DNA of 64,000 nt from Acidimicrobiia bacterium (GCA_039812705.1 JBDIBA010000004.1:269-64268), one strand, 5' to 3'; numbered from the stretch's first letter, positions 55,013-64,000 are shown. Program-made: numbers and translations. Notes: generated by a model not told the origin, from the letters alone.

Positions 55013-56290
55013 ATGAACCTCGCGATGCCTCGGTTGTTGAGCAAGGCGGGCGGGCGCCTCGAACGCGCCGGAGTCCTCAAGCCTCACGGCGCAACGACTG
55101 CCACCAAGAATCCAAAGTCGAGCGAACGCTCCGCCGCTCGCGCCAATGCAGAAGCCTTCGGTAGTTACTTTCAGCTGGTTGTACTTGTTGTTGTGCTGTG
55201 CGCCTTCGGTTTGATGATGGTCTTGTCGGCCTCGTCGGTTGAGGCCCTGCGCGTGTACGAAAACTCCTGGCTCTACTTCCAACGACAGGCCATCTGGCTC
55301 GTTCTTGGGATGGTCGTGCTTTGGGTTACCTCACGAATCGACTATCAGCAGTGGCGTAAATGGACCACGCCGATGCTCTTTATTTCTGGAATCGCGCTTG
55401 TGTTGGTGCTTGTTCCAGGAATTGGAATCACGGTTTGGGGTTCGACGCGTTGGTTGGGTTTCGGGCCATTACGTGTACAGCCGTCCGAGATTGCAAAGTT
55501 TGCTGTGATGGTTTTTTGTTGCGACTTGTTGGCGCGACGTTCCCACCTGCTGGATGACTGGCGTGCAACGACAAAGCCGGTGATCGCCGTGTTTTTGATC
55601 TTTGCAACTCTCGTCATGGTCGAGCCCGACATGGGCACAACGCTGGTTACTGCCAGCGTTGTTGTAACTGCGCTGTTTGTTGCGGGAACGCCCATCAAGC
55701 GGATGTTGAAGTTGGGTGCTGTTGCTGTTGCTGTTGCCTCTGCGCTTGCCGTGCTGGAGCCCTACCGTCGCGAACGGTTGATGTCGTTTAGAGACCCGTT
55801 TGCAGACGCTGCGAACACGGGTTACCAAATGGTTCAGTCGCTTGTTGGTATTGGCAGCGGCGGCTTGACCGGTGTTGGGCTTGGCGAGAGCAGAGCAAAA
55901 TGGGGTTTCTTGCCAAATGCTCACACTGACTTCATTTTTGCGGTTATCGCCGAAGAACTAGGTTTGATCGGCGCGACTTTGGTTCTCGGCCTCTTCATTG
56001 GCTTTGCGATCCTGGGCGCGCGTGTGGCTTGTCGTGCGCCTGATCACTTTGGAACGATGATGGCGGCTTGCATCACCGCTTGGATTGTTTTCCAAGCGTT
56101 TTTGAACATCGCGGCCGTGATTGGCCTTGTGCCGGTTACGGGCGTTCCATTGCCATTCCTTAGCCAGGGCGGTACGTCGCTCGTCATCTTGTTGGCAGCC
56201 ACTGGGGTGTTGTTGAATATCGCGCACAAAGGCGAACTCGCGAACCGCAAGTCGCCATTGCGCACAGCATCGGAGGCGGCCAAGTCATGA
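55013..56290 (+). CDS. ftsW: SEDS family peptidoglycan glycosyltransferase FtsW
   Basis: 425 aa, polytopic. QPSEIAKF, HTDFIFAVI and LPFLSQGGTS motifs are present. The ATG directly abuts the mraY stop. Confidence 0.93.
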   Translation: MNLAMPRLLSKAGGRLERAGVLKPHGATTATKNPKSSERSAARANAEAFGSYFQLVVLVVVLCAFGLMMVLSASSVEALRVYENSWLYFQRQAIWLVLGMVVLWVTSRIDYQQWRKWTTPMLFISGIALVLVLVPGIGITVWGSTRWLGFGPLRVQPSEIAKFAVMVFCCDLLARRSHLLDDWRATTKPVIAVFLIFATLVMVEPDMGTTLVTASVVVTALFVAGTPIKRMLKLGAVAVAVASALAVLEPYRRERLMSFRDPFADAANTGYQMVQSLVGIGSGGLTGVGLGESRAKWGFLPNAHTDFIFAVIAEELGLIGATLVLGLFIGFAILGARVACRAPDHFGTMMAACITAWIVFQAFLNIAAVIGLVPVTGVPLPFLSQGGTSLVILLAATGVLLNIAHKGELANRKSPLRTASEAAKS

Positions 56291-57408
56291 GTAAGACCTA
56301 TGCGGTAATTGCAGGCGGTGGAACCGGCGGCCACGTTTATCCCGCACTTGCCATTGCAGAAGCCTTGATTGCGCGCGGGTATTCGAATGAAGAGATCTTG
56401 TTCGTGGGTTCAACGCGTGGACTCGAAGCTCGAATCATTCCTGACGCTGGTCACCGCATCAAGCTTCTTCCGGGCCGTGGCATTTCACGCAAGCCGTCGG
56501 TTGAATCGTTGGAGGCAATCGGCGGCCTTGCTAAGGCACTGTTCCTTGCTTTTCGTTTGTTGATGAAGGAGAAGCCAAAGGTTGTTGTTTCCGTTGGCGG
56601 ATATGCGGCGGCGCCTTGCGCGTTTGCGGCTGTTGCTTTGCGCATTCCACTGGTCGTTGCTGAATCCAATGCTGTTCCCGGTGCCGTGCATCGAATTGTT
56701 GGTCGTTTTGCGGCGGCTAATGCGGTTGCACTGCCAGGCACTGCGCTTCCCAATGCAGTTGTTACAGGAAATCCGCTGCGCGGAGTGTTTGCAAACTTTG
56801 AACGTGGTGTTCCCGCCAAGGCAAGGGCTCGCAACGAGCTTGGAATTGCAACCGAACCGGTTGTGATTGCGATCTTTGGTGGTTCACTCGGCGCGCGCAG
56901 CATCAACATTGCAGCTATCGAGCTTGCCAAGGCGTGGGCCGATGTTGACAACGTCAAGATCCGTCACGTTGTTGGCTCAAGAGATTGGATCAGTCGAGAT
57001 CCCGAGCTGGACCACGAAAGTGTGCAGCAGACAAACCCCAATTACGAGGCGGTCGAGTACGAGCCAAACATGGCGCGCCTGTTGTCAGCTGCAGACATTG
57101 CCGTTTGTCGTTCTGGCGCGACAACCATCGCCGAACTGTCGGCAGCAGGAATTGCCAGCGTGTTGATTCCATTTCCGTTTGCGGCCGGTGATCATCAAAG
57201 CGCAAATGCGCGAATCCTCGAGGAAGTCGGCGCAGCAAGGGTCATTAAAGATCGCAACTGTTCCGGCAAGAGCCTGATTAAAGCTTTGTTGCCATTGGTT
57301 GGTTCCAAGACGGCTCGAGACAGTGCTGCCAATGCTGCCAAGAAGCTTGCCGTTCCCGGCGCTGCCGAGAGAGTTGCCGATCTTGTTGAGAGGAATGCAA
57401 CTAGCTGA
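56287..57408 (+). CDS. murG: UDP-N-acetylglucosamine--N-acetylmuramyl-(pentapeptide) pyrophosphoryl-undecaprenol GlcNAc transferase
   Basis: 373 aa with GGTGGHVYPALA and the C-terminal CRSGATTIAELSAAG and H.QxxNA motifs. Confidence 0.95.
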   Translation: MSKTYAVIAGGGTGGHVYPALAIAEALIARGYSNEEILFVGSTRGLEARIIPDAGHRIKLLPGRGISRKPSVESLEAIGGLAKALFLAFRLLMKEKPKVVVSVGGYAAAPCAFAAVALRIPLVVAESNAVPGAVHRIVGRFAAANAVALPGTALPNAVVTGNPLRGVFANFERGVPAKARARNELGIATEPVVIAIFGGSLGARSINIAAIELAKAWADVDNVKIRHVVGSRDWISRDPELDHESVQQTNPNYEAVEYEPNMARLLSAADIAVCRSGATTIAELSAAGIASVLIPFPFAAGDHQSANARILEEVGAARVIKDRNCSGKSLIKALLPLVGSKTARDSAANAAKKLAVPGAAERVADLVERNATS

Positions 57409-58787
57409 TGACGCCGTTGCCAACTGTCGATCTTTCAGTTCCACAACGCATTCACATTGTCGGTATCGGCGGCACTGGAATGAGTGCCATTGCGCGAGTC
57501 CTTCACGACATGGGCCACAGCATTTCAGGTTCAGATGCCCAAGAGTCACCGACGCTGGAATCGCTACGCAGCCTCGGTATCAATGTGACGGCTGGTCACA
57601 ACCCCGCAAACATCAGTGATTCTGTTGACCTTGTGGCAATTTCAACGGCAGTTGGTTCGACCAATGCAGATGTGCAAGCTGCTCGCGAAAAAATGAAACC
57701 GGTAGTCAGTCGCGCGACCATTTTGAGTGCCATTGCGCGCACCAAACGCGTCGTTGCTGTTGCCGGAACGCATGGAAAAACAACAACTTCTTCGCTAGTT
57801 GCTGCGGCGCTTAGTGGTGGCGGCCTGCAACCATCTTGGATTATTGGCGGGGACATTGGTGGCAAGGGCGGTGCAAACTGGGGCAGTGGCGAGTGGCTGG
57901 TTCTTGAAGCAGATGAGAGCGACGGCACGTTTTTAACGCTTGGCGCCGAATGCGGTGTCGTTACAAACATCGAGCCCGATCACCTCGAGCACTATGGCGG
58001 CTGGCCACAGTTGCAGCAGGCCTTTGTCGACTTTGTCGAAGCCATTGGTGGTCCGGTGTTTGTGTGTGTAGATGACGTCGGCGTGCGTGACATGGTCGAC
58101 ACCCTTGGAAAGCTTGACCGAATACACACTTATGGAACATCGCAGGGCGCCGATTGGCAGATTCAAGACGTTAAGCCCAGCGACTTTGGTGTGTCGTTCA
58201 CAGTGGTTAACGAGGGTGAAGCAACCGCCCTTGTTGTTCCCGTCCCTGGAATGCACAACGCGCGTAACGCCACGGCCGCATTTGGTTTGGCTGTTTCCTT
58301 GCAAGCAGATCGCGAGGGGGCTGCGCGGGCAATCGCTGATTTTGTTGGGGTGGGAAGACGCTTTCAACAGCGCGGCAACAAAGCAGGCGTTGTCTTTGTC
58401 GATGACTATGCGCATTTACCAACGGAAGTTGAAGCCGCAATCTCTGCCGCAAAAGACGGTTCTTGGAACCGTGTGGTTGCGGTATTTCAACCGCATCGCT
58501 ATTCGCGCACCGAACAAGTCGGCAAAGACTTTGCAGACTCTTTCAGAGACGCAGACGTTGTTGTCTTGACCGACGTTTATGCAGCGGGTGAATCACCAAG
58601 GCCCGGCATCGACGGAGACCTTGTTCGTAACGCGGTTGAAGCAACCGGAAAACAGGTTTTTTACGTTCAAGATCGCCAGCAGTTGGCGTCCGCCGTGCGC
58701 GAGCTGTTGTTTGAAGGCGACATTTGCTTGAGCCTTGGCGCCGGCGACATCACCAAACTTGCCGACGAGGTGCAAGATGGCCTCTAA
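57408..58787 (+). CDS. murC: UDP-N-acetylmuramate--L-alanine ligase
   Basis: 459 aa with HIVGIGGTGMSAIARVL, GTHGKTTT and DDYAHLPTEV. It has a 1-nt overlap with murG (TGATG). Confidence 0.95.
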   Translation: MTPLPTVDLSVPQRIHIVGIGGTGMSAIARVLHDMGHSISGSDAQESPTLESLRSLGINVTAGHNPANISDSVDLVAISTAVGSTNADVQAAREKMKPVVSRATILSAIARTKRVVAVAGTHGKTTTSSLVAAALSGGGLQPSWIIGGDIGGKGGANWGSGEWLVLEADESDGTFLTLGAECGVVTNIEPDHLEHYGGWPQLQQAFVDFVEAIGGPVFVCVDDVGVRDMVDTLGKLDRIHTYGTSQGADWQIQDVKPSDFGVSFTVVNEGEATALVVPVPGMHNARNATAAFGLAVSLQADREGAARAIADFVGVGRRFQQRGNKAGVVFVDDYAHLPTEVEAAISAAKDGSWNRVVAVFQPHRYSRTEQVGKDFADSFRDADVVVLTDVYAAGESPRPGIDGDLVRNAVEATGKQVFYVQDRQQLASAVRELLFEGDICLSLGAGDITKLADEVQDGL

Positions 58788-59526
58788 GGCCACGCGCAAC
58801 AAACAACTGCTTAGCGATTCCGCAAAGTCAAAGCTCAAAATCGTGGTCCCGTTAGTCCTTGTTGTGTTGCTAGCGGCTGGGGTTGCTGTTGGTGTGTTCA
58901 ATGTTGGACGTGTTGAGAAGCAACACGTTGTTGGCAATACGAAGGCGAGCACGGAAGCGGTCTTAGAAGCCGCGGCGGTCAAGCGTGGCTCGCCGCTGTT
59001 TACTGCAACTTCGTCTGCAATCAACAAGCGGGTGGTTGCCAAACAGCCCTGGGTTTCCAAAGCTGAGGTCATCAAACGCTGGCCTTCAACGCTTGAGTTT
59101 CATGTCACCGAACGCGTTCCGGTTGCCCAGCTGGTCACCGATGACAAGCGTTGGGCTTTGGTTAGCAATGACGGAGTCGTTCTGGAAGTGGTTGCAAAAC
59201 AAGCCCCCGCATTTCCACTTGTCATGGACGAAACCGTCGCGCCGACGCCCGGCGCGAAAGCCAACGACCGGGCCATGAAGTTGATCTCGATGGTGGACCA
59301 CCTTCCTGATTCCTTGCGTCCCAAGGTTGTGCAGTTGCAATTGCGCGGGGACAGCGACGGTTACCTTGGGCTTAACTCGGGTCCGATTGTGGAGCTTGGT
59401 CCGATTGACCAAGAGTTGGGCTCAAAGCTGACAGCGGCGGCTGCCGTGCTTGGCAAAGAAGACAACGCGAAAATCAAGAGCCTCGATGTGCGCACGCCGC
59501 GCATGCCGCTGGCTCAACCCAAGTAG
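58777..59526 (+). CDS. ftsQ: cell division protein FtsQ
   Basis: It has a basic N-terminus, one TM segment (IVVPLVLVVLLAAGVAV) and POTRA/FtsQ-type domains (VKRWPSTLEFHVTERVPVA). The ATG at 58777 overlaps murC by 11 nt. The track ORF starts at 58735. Confidence 0.8.
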   Translation: MASKATRNKQLLSDSAKSKLKIVVPLVLVVLLAAGVAVGVFNVGRVEKQHVVGNTKASTEAVLEAAAVKRGSPLFTATSSAINKRVVAKQPWVSKAEVIKRWPSTLEFHVTERVPVAQLVTDDKRWALVSNDGVVLEVVAKQAPAFPLVMDETVAPTPGAKANDRAMKLISMVDHLPDSLRPKVVQLQLRGDSDGYLGLNSGPIVELGPIDQELGSKLTAAAAVLGKEDNAKIKSLDVRTPRMPLAQPK

Positions 59527-59742
59527 CAATCAACCAGCGATTACCGTCGTCGGTGCGGGTTCGCAACGGTGTCTACCTGGTGCTCAACCCTTGATTGAGG
59601 GTCTAGAGAAACGGTGAAGTCGCAACCTGGGCCTGATGGTGGGTCGATTAACATGACTCGCGAACGATCAACATCGTTCTTTACGTCAGTTTTTCTGTAG
59701 CCCTCTCGCTGCAGTTCGTTTCAATGGGGAGAAGCCGACGCC

Positions 59743-60807
59743 GTGAACATGGCAGCGCAGAACAATTACATCGCCGTAATCAAAGTGGTTGGCGTAGGTG
59801 GCGGTGGTGTCAACGCCGTCAATCGAATGATCGATGCAGGTCTCAAGGGTGTTGAATTCATTGCCGTCAACACTGACTCTCAAGCACTGCTTTTGAGTGA
59901 CGCTGATGTGAAGATTGACATCGGTCGTCAGCTGACTCGAGGGTTGGGCGCCGGTAGCGATCCCGTTGTTGGTCGCAAGGCTGCCGAAGACCACCGAGAC
60001 GAGTTGGAAGAGGCGCTCAAGGGTGCCGACATGATCTTCATCACGGCCGGCAAGGGTGGCGGCACAGGTACCGGCGCTGCTCCCGTTGTTGCCGAGATTG
60101 CCAAGAGCCAAGGCGCGTTGACCATTGGTGTGGTCACCCGCCCGTTCAGCTTCGAAGGTCGCCGCCGCGCCCTTCAGGCAGAAACCGGCATCCAAAACCT
60201 CAAAGACGCTGTCGACACACTCATCACAATCCCCAACGATCGTCTGTTGTCGGTCAGCAATGACAAGACCTCCATGCTCAACGCCTTCAAGATGGCTGAC
60301 GAGGTTCTGCTCCAAGGTGTCCAGGGCATCACCGACCTGATCACCACACCGGGCCTCATCAACACCGACTTTGCAGACGTCAAGATGGTTATGAGCAACG
60401 CCGGTACGGCAATCATGGGCATCGGCACCGCGTCGGGCGAGAACCGCGCGTCGCTTGCTGCAAAGGCAGCCATCACCTCTCCACTGCTTGAAGCCAGCAT
60501 CGATGGCGCCAAGGGCATCCTCCTTAACATCGCTGGTTCGACAGACCTTGGTCTGTTTGAAGTCAACGAAGCCGCCGAGATCATTCACTCTGCTGCCCAC
60601 CCAGACGTCAACTTGATCTTCGGACAAGTTGTCGATGACCAGATGGGTGACGAAGTTCGCGTGACTGTTATTGCAGCTGGTTTCGATCGCTGGGACAACG
60701 ACGACGATGACTCCAGCGAAAGCCAAGACCTTGACGACGACGCAAACGTCATTGATCTTCGCGACCGTGACGACGCTGACTTTGACGTTCCGCAGTTCCT
60801 TAAGTAA
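59743..60807 (+). CDS. ftsZ: cell division GTPase FtsZ
   Basis: 354 aa with [24 protein letters not shown] and the tubulin signature [17 protein letters not shown]. An acidic linker precedes the conserved C-terminal DVPQFLK peptide. Confidence 0.98.
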   Translation: MNMAAQNNYIAVIKVVGVGGGGVNAVNRMIDAGLKGVEFIAVNTDSQALLLSDADVKIDIGRQLTRGLGAGSDPVVGRKAAEDHRDELEEALKGADMIFITAGKGGGTGTGAAPVVAEIAKSQGALTIGVVTRPFSFEGRRRALQAETGIQNLKDAVDTLITIPNDRLLSVSNDKTSMLNAFKMADEVLLQGVQGITDLITTPGLINTDFADVKMVMSNAGTAIMGIGTASGENRASLAAKAAITSPLLEASIDGAKGILLNIAGSTDLGLFEVNEAAEIIHSAAHPDVNLIFGQVVDDQMGDEVRVTVIAAGFDRWDNDDDDSSESQDLDDDANVIDLRDRDDADFDVPQFLK

Positions 60808-60825
60808 GCAGCACGGCAACTCGGT

Positions 60826-61581
60826 TTGACTGTCGTGGTTCAACAAAACGCCGTTGCATTCAGTTGGGAAACCAACAATGCAGCGGCGTTTTGGTCTTCA
60901 AAGGCGCTTGGTTCATTGGGTCATCGGCCTCCACATGGTGCACATGACGATGCGTGTTGCGGTCCGCTTGCAACCGAAAAGCGCTTGCAGTTCTGGAACG
61001 GTCGCCAGATTCCGTGCGCACAGGTGCATGGCAAAGACGTCGTCGTTGTCGATGCAGCAACAAAGGTTCCAACCGTTGGTGGCGACTCACCTCAAGGCGA
61101 TGCGTTGGTTACGCGCCAAGCCAACATCGGCCTTGCAATTGCAACGGCAGACTGTGGTCCGGTTGCGTTGTTTTCAGACCCGGTTGTTGGAGCCGCGCAC
61201 GCCGGATGGAAGGGCCTTGTTGGCGGAGTCCTCGGTGCAACGGCAAACGCCATGAGGGAACTGGGTGCACAAGATATTTCTGCAGTCATTGGACCGTGTA
61301 TCTGTCCGAATTGTTATGAGTTTGATGACCTTCAGATGTTGAACGCATTCGAGCGTCGTTGGGGCGCCTCTGTGCGCAGAAGCACGAATACCGGCGCGCC
61401 ATCATTCGACTTGCGCGCAGCCATTGCTTCAGAGTGCGCGGAACTGGACATTTCGGTTCTCAATGGCGACCGGCTGGACGAAGTTCCATGCACGGCGTGC
61501 TCAGAAGGTTTTTTCAGCTACCGCGCTAGAGCGGAGAAAGGACGCCAATCGATGATTGTCTGGCGCAAAGAACACGCATGA
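60826..61581 (+). CDS. pgeF: YfiH/PgeF (laccase-domain, DUF152) family protein
   Basis: 251 aa. QVHG, ATADCGPV, AHAGWKG, CICPNCYE and SYR motifs are typical of the family. It sits in the conserved position after ftsZ. Confidence 0.85.
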   Translation: MTVVVQQNAVAFSWETNNAAAFWSSKALGSLGHRPPHGAHDDACCGPLATEKRLQFWNGRQIPCAQVHGKDVVVVDAATKVPTVGGDSPQGDALVTRQANIGLAIATADCGPVALFSDPVVGAAHAGWKGLVGGVLGATANAMRELGAQDISAVIGPCICPNCYEFDDLQMLNAFERRWGASVRRSTNTGAPSFDLRAAIASECAELDISVLNGDRLDEVPCTACSEGFFSYRARAEKGRQSMIVWRKEHA

Positions 61582-61642
61582 ACGCACTAGGGTTGAGCGG
61601 AGTAGTCGCCGCGAACGTGGCTTGGGGACGTGAGGTATCGGC

Positions 61643-62176
61643 ATGAGCATCATGCGCAAAGCAATGGTCTTCTTGGGCCTTTCTGACGACGAGTTCGATG
61701 ACTACGGTCGCGCTGCAAATGCACCTGTCCCGGAAGGCGGCCAAGTGCAGCGTCAAGCCACCCTTCCCGATTACAGCCGGGGTACCAGTACCATTCGACC
61801 GCTTGCTCGCACCGAGGTCCCACAGCCGGCTGTTGCTGCAACTCGTCCGACGGTTATCCGCCCAGCAGAACCTCGTGAGGTCCACATTCCGCAAACCAAC
61901 GCCCGCGTTCACGTAATCGAGCCAATCGACTTTGGCGATGCCCAAGAAATTGGTGATCGCTTGAAGGAGGGCCGCCCCGTTCTGCTTGCACTTGCAGAGG
62001 TAGACCCCGCTTTGGGACGTCGCTTGATCGACTTTTGCAGTGGCACCACTTATGCAATCGGCGGGTCAATGGAGCGCGCTGCAAAGAACGTTTTCTTGTT
62101 GATCCCTCAGGGTGTCGAAGTGTCGCAAGAGGAAAAGCAACGACTCCGCGAGCGCGGGCTCTACCGAGGCAAATAG
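61643..62176 (+). CDS. sepF: cell division protein SepF
   Basis: 177 aa. MRKAMVFLGL starts the protein, a disordered linker follows, and the conserved C-terminal domain reads DAQEIGDRLKEGRPVLLAL....IDFCSGTTYAIGG. Confidence 0.9.
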   Translation: MSIMRKAMVFLGLSDDEFDDYGRAANAPVPEGGQVQRQATLPDYSRGTSTIRPLARTEVPQPAVAATRPTVIRPAEPREVHIPQTNARVHVIEPIDFGDAQEIGDRLKEGRPVLLALAEVDPALGRRLIDFCSGTTYAIGGSMERAAKNVFLLIPQGVEVSQEEKQRLRERGLYRGK

Positions 62177-62180
62177 TTAA

Positions 62181-62444
62181 TTGCACGCACTTGAACTGAT
62201 TATCCAGGGCTACATGATCATTTGTGTGGCCCGAGTCGTTTTCAGCTTTCTCCCAGACCTCACAGACACCTCGCCAATTTTTGGCGCTCTGTCCAACCTT
62301 GCCTACATGTTGACCGAGCCCGTTTTTGCGACAGTCCGTCGGGCCATGCCAAGAGTGGGAGACCTTCCAATCGACTTTTCGCCGATCGTGGTCTTCCTCG
62401 GCCTCAACCTGTTGCTAATGATCGTCCGCAGCCTCCCGGGCTAG
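62181..62444 (+). CDS. YggT family membrane protein
   Basis: 87 aa with two hydrophobic segments and a YggT-like sequence (LTEPVFATVRRAMP..G.LDFSPIV). It sits in the conserved position after sepF. Confidence 0.8.
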   Translation: MHALELIIQGYMIICVARVVFSFLPDLTDTSPIFGALSNLAYMLTEPVFATVRRAMPRVGDLPIDFSPIVVFLGLNLLLMIVRSLPG

Positions 62445-62587
62445 GCGAGTTGTCGGGTAGCCAAACCCCCAGGTCGAGGGCCTGTCAGGCCAGAAAATGT
62501 GCTGTTTCAATGGTTATCAAAGCGCAATTTCGGCTGTAGTCACCGCGTACGGTGAACTTTCGGCCATTCGAGGCTAATGTGCGCGTT

Positions 62588-64000
62588 ATGGATCTCAGCG
62601 TGCAAGCTCTTCGCGAAGTCACTTTTGCCCCCAAACGCAATGGTTATGACCCAACCGGCGTCGACGACTTCATTGATGATGTTGTCGCGGGCTTTCAAGA
62701 ACTGGAAGACAAGCTGCGTGACGCGAACCAGCGCGCCGAGGCTGCAGAAGCAAAGGCGTCGGCGGCTCCCGTCGACGGAGGGCCAAGCACCGCAATGTCT
62801 GCTTCAGACATTGGAAAGATTTGGGAGCGCGCGGCCGCAGGCGCCGAAGCCACCATGGAAGAAGCACGCTTGGAGGCCTCGCGCATTCTTGACGAGGCGC
62901 GCAATAACGCTGCAATTGCTGAGGCTGCAGTTGAAGACGCGCAAAACGAAGCCGCACGCATCCGCGAAGAGGCTCAAGAAGCTTCACGTCGTCAGCACGA
63001 AGAGGCCGTCCAGAGCGCTCGTGCCGAGGCAGACAATGTCTTGCGCGCCGCACGCAACGACGCAGAAGGCACGCGTTTGTCTGCATTGCAAGAAGCCGAA
63101 GCCGCAATTGGTGCAGCACGCAATGAAGCCGCCCGTTTGGCAGAACAAGCCCAGGGTCAGCTTCGTGAAGAAGTTTCACAGCTGGAACACGCTCGCGACG
63201 AGCTGCGCCGTCAGGTGGACTCGCTAAACGAACACATCGAAACCGAACTCGGCCGCGTTCGCGAAACGCTCAACGGTGCCTTGGAAGTTGTCAACCAAAC
63301 TCAAGTCGGCACGCGCGAGGTTCCGCAAACCCCGCCGGTCAATGTGCCCGAGGCTCGCTATGCGCAGGGCCCAGAAGCTTTCGGTGAGGTGGCCGGTTTT
63401 AGCGCCGCGCAGGCCAACATTGGTGATTCCGCGGCCGTTGCGGACTACAAGTCGACGCAGCCATCGACGTCAAATGTCGACAACGGTTACGACTTTGATT
63501 CCTCAACGGTCGACGTTGCACAAGGCGACGCAAACGACAACCAAGAGTGGCACCAGGAAAACGAATGGACGCCGTCAAACGCCGACGACGCCAACCAGGG
63601 CGCCGATCAATACGCCAGTGCCGGTGCAAACGACCAACTGAGCGCCAACGATGCGCAGTCAAGTTGGAACAACGACAACAACACGGTTGAAGACGAGCCA
63701 TTCAGCGGACGCCACGGTGGTTACGAAGGTGGCTTTGGTGACAACAGCGGTCTAAACGAGCGCGGCGAGGCCGAGCCAACGGCATGGGAAGTCATGCAGC
63801 GCAACGACGACATGCAATCCCAAGGTGCAACGCGCGAAGACAACTTGCAGGCCGATGTCGACCACATTGACACCACTCAGTCGTCCAACAACGACTGGCC
63901 CTTTGGTGGTGGCCAGCAACAAGACGTCCAGCCCGCTCCATGGGAACAGCAGGACAACACGCCGTCCTACGCCGACATTCGCAACGATGACGATGAGCAG
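62588..64000 (+). CDS. divIVA: DivIVA domain protein (Wag31-like), 3' end beyond the window
   Basis: This gene is not in the ORF track. I translated the ATG at 62588 by hand in frame 2. It stays open for 471 codons to the window edge. The N-terminus MDLSVQALREVTFAPKRNGYDPTGVDDFIDDVVAGFQEL is the DivIVA signature. A coiled-coil and a long Asn/Gln/Asp-rich tail follow. Confidence 0.85.
   Translation, partial: MDLSVQALREVTFAPKRNGYDPTGVDDFIDDVVAGFQELEDKLRDANQRAEAAEAKASAAPVDGGPSTAMSASDIGKIWERAAAGAEATMEEARLEASRILDEARNNAAIAEAAVEDAQNEAARIREEAQEASRRQHEEAVQSARAEADNVLRAARNDAEGTRLSALQEAEAAIGAARNEAARLAEQAQGQLREEVSQLEHARDELRRQVDSLNEHIETELGRVRETLNGALEVVNQTQVGTREVPQTPPVNVPEARYAQGPEAFGEVAGFSAAQANIGDSAAVADYKSTQPSTSNVDNGYDFDSSTVDVAQGDANDNQEWHQENEWTPSNADDANQGADQYASAGANDQLSANDAQSSWNNDNNTVEDEPFSGRHGGYEGGFGDNSGLNERGEAEPTAWEVMQRNDDMQSQGATREDNLQADVDHIDTTQSSNNDWPFGGGQQQDVQPAPWEQQDNTPSYADIRNDDDEQ

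Noticed and set aside
59686-60846. A 386-aa minus-strand ORF covering ftsZ. Similar long antisense ORFs lie at 8449-9294, 48753-49682, 51022-51879, 53843-54766, 23720-24583 and 10785-11444.
   Set aside because: Each lies exactly opposite a gene with unmistakable motifs (ftsZ, truB/ribF, rsmH, ftsI, mraY, thrB, pnp). Each translates to low-complexity Arg/Cys/His-rich sequence. They are shadow ORFs.
62577-63227. The 216-aa + strand ORF listed in the track at the DivIVA locus.
   Set aside because: It is the wrong frame. Frame 2 from 62588 gives a textbook DivIVA N-domain and stays open to the window end, while this ORF gives Arg/Lys/Gln-rich junk.
1-64000. I looked for tRNA, rRNA, CRISPR arrays, transposases, integrases and prophage genes.
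   Set aside because: No intergenic gap has tRNA-like cloverleaf features or regularly spaced repeats. No ORF shows DDE, tyrosine or serine recombinase motifs. The only repeat structures are the IF-2 coding repeats and the inverted repeats around the DUF559 gene.

Overview
This is a compact chromosome segment of Actinomycetota type. Hand-sampled 60-nt lines give about 55-62% GC in core genes, and many neighbouring genes overlap by 1-14 nt at stop/start. The class cannot be resolved from sequence alone. The window joins two conserved blocks that are usually far apart in actinobacteria. Block 1 is infB-rbfA-truB-ribF-rpsO-pnp-M16 peptidase-dapB ... rnj-ftsK ... thrB-rimO-pgsA-cinA-recA ... miaB-miaA-hflX-dapF / dapD-dapE-lexA. 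Block 2 is the dcw cluster mraZ-rsmH-ftsL-ftsI-murE-mraY-ftsW-murG-murC-ftsQ-ftsZ-pgeF-sepF-yggT-divIVA. The last gene runs off the window and is missing from the ORF track. Between the blocks lie an inositol monophosphatase, a Ppm1-like GT2, dinB, a DUF3040 protein, a beta-phosphoglucomutase/GH65 phosphorylase pair, prfC and a lipoate-ligase-like gene. I found no rRNA, tRNA, CRISPR, transposase or integrase.

The parts most worth a second look are these:
- A 4.4-kb insertion splits infB from rbfA. It carries an NYN-domain nuclease-like gene followed by a 406-aa orphan with foreign codon usage. This is my best candidate for an undescribed module, but it is unproven.
- A two-gene operon next to ftsK encodes a peptidoglycan hydrolase with three catalytic domains (SLT-like, M23, M15/LAS) and an unknown membrane-anchored partner.
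- The usual recX position after recA is occupied by an AbiEi-wHTH/DUF559 endonuclease-like gene bracketed by inverted repeats with a perfect 26-nt core.
- The dcw cluster lacks murF and murD at their canonical positions.

LexA (SOS) boxes, a Pmra promoter with phased GTGG repeats, three intrinsic terminators and two candidate leader RNA regions (rpsO-pnp and mraZ-rsmH) are also visible. All functional calls rest on motifs I recognised by eye. No database search was run.
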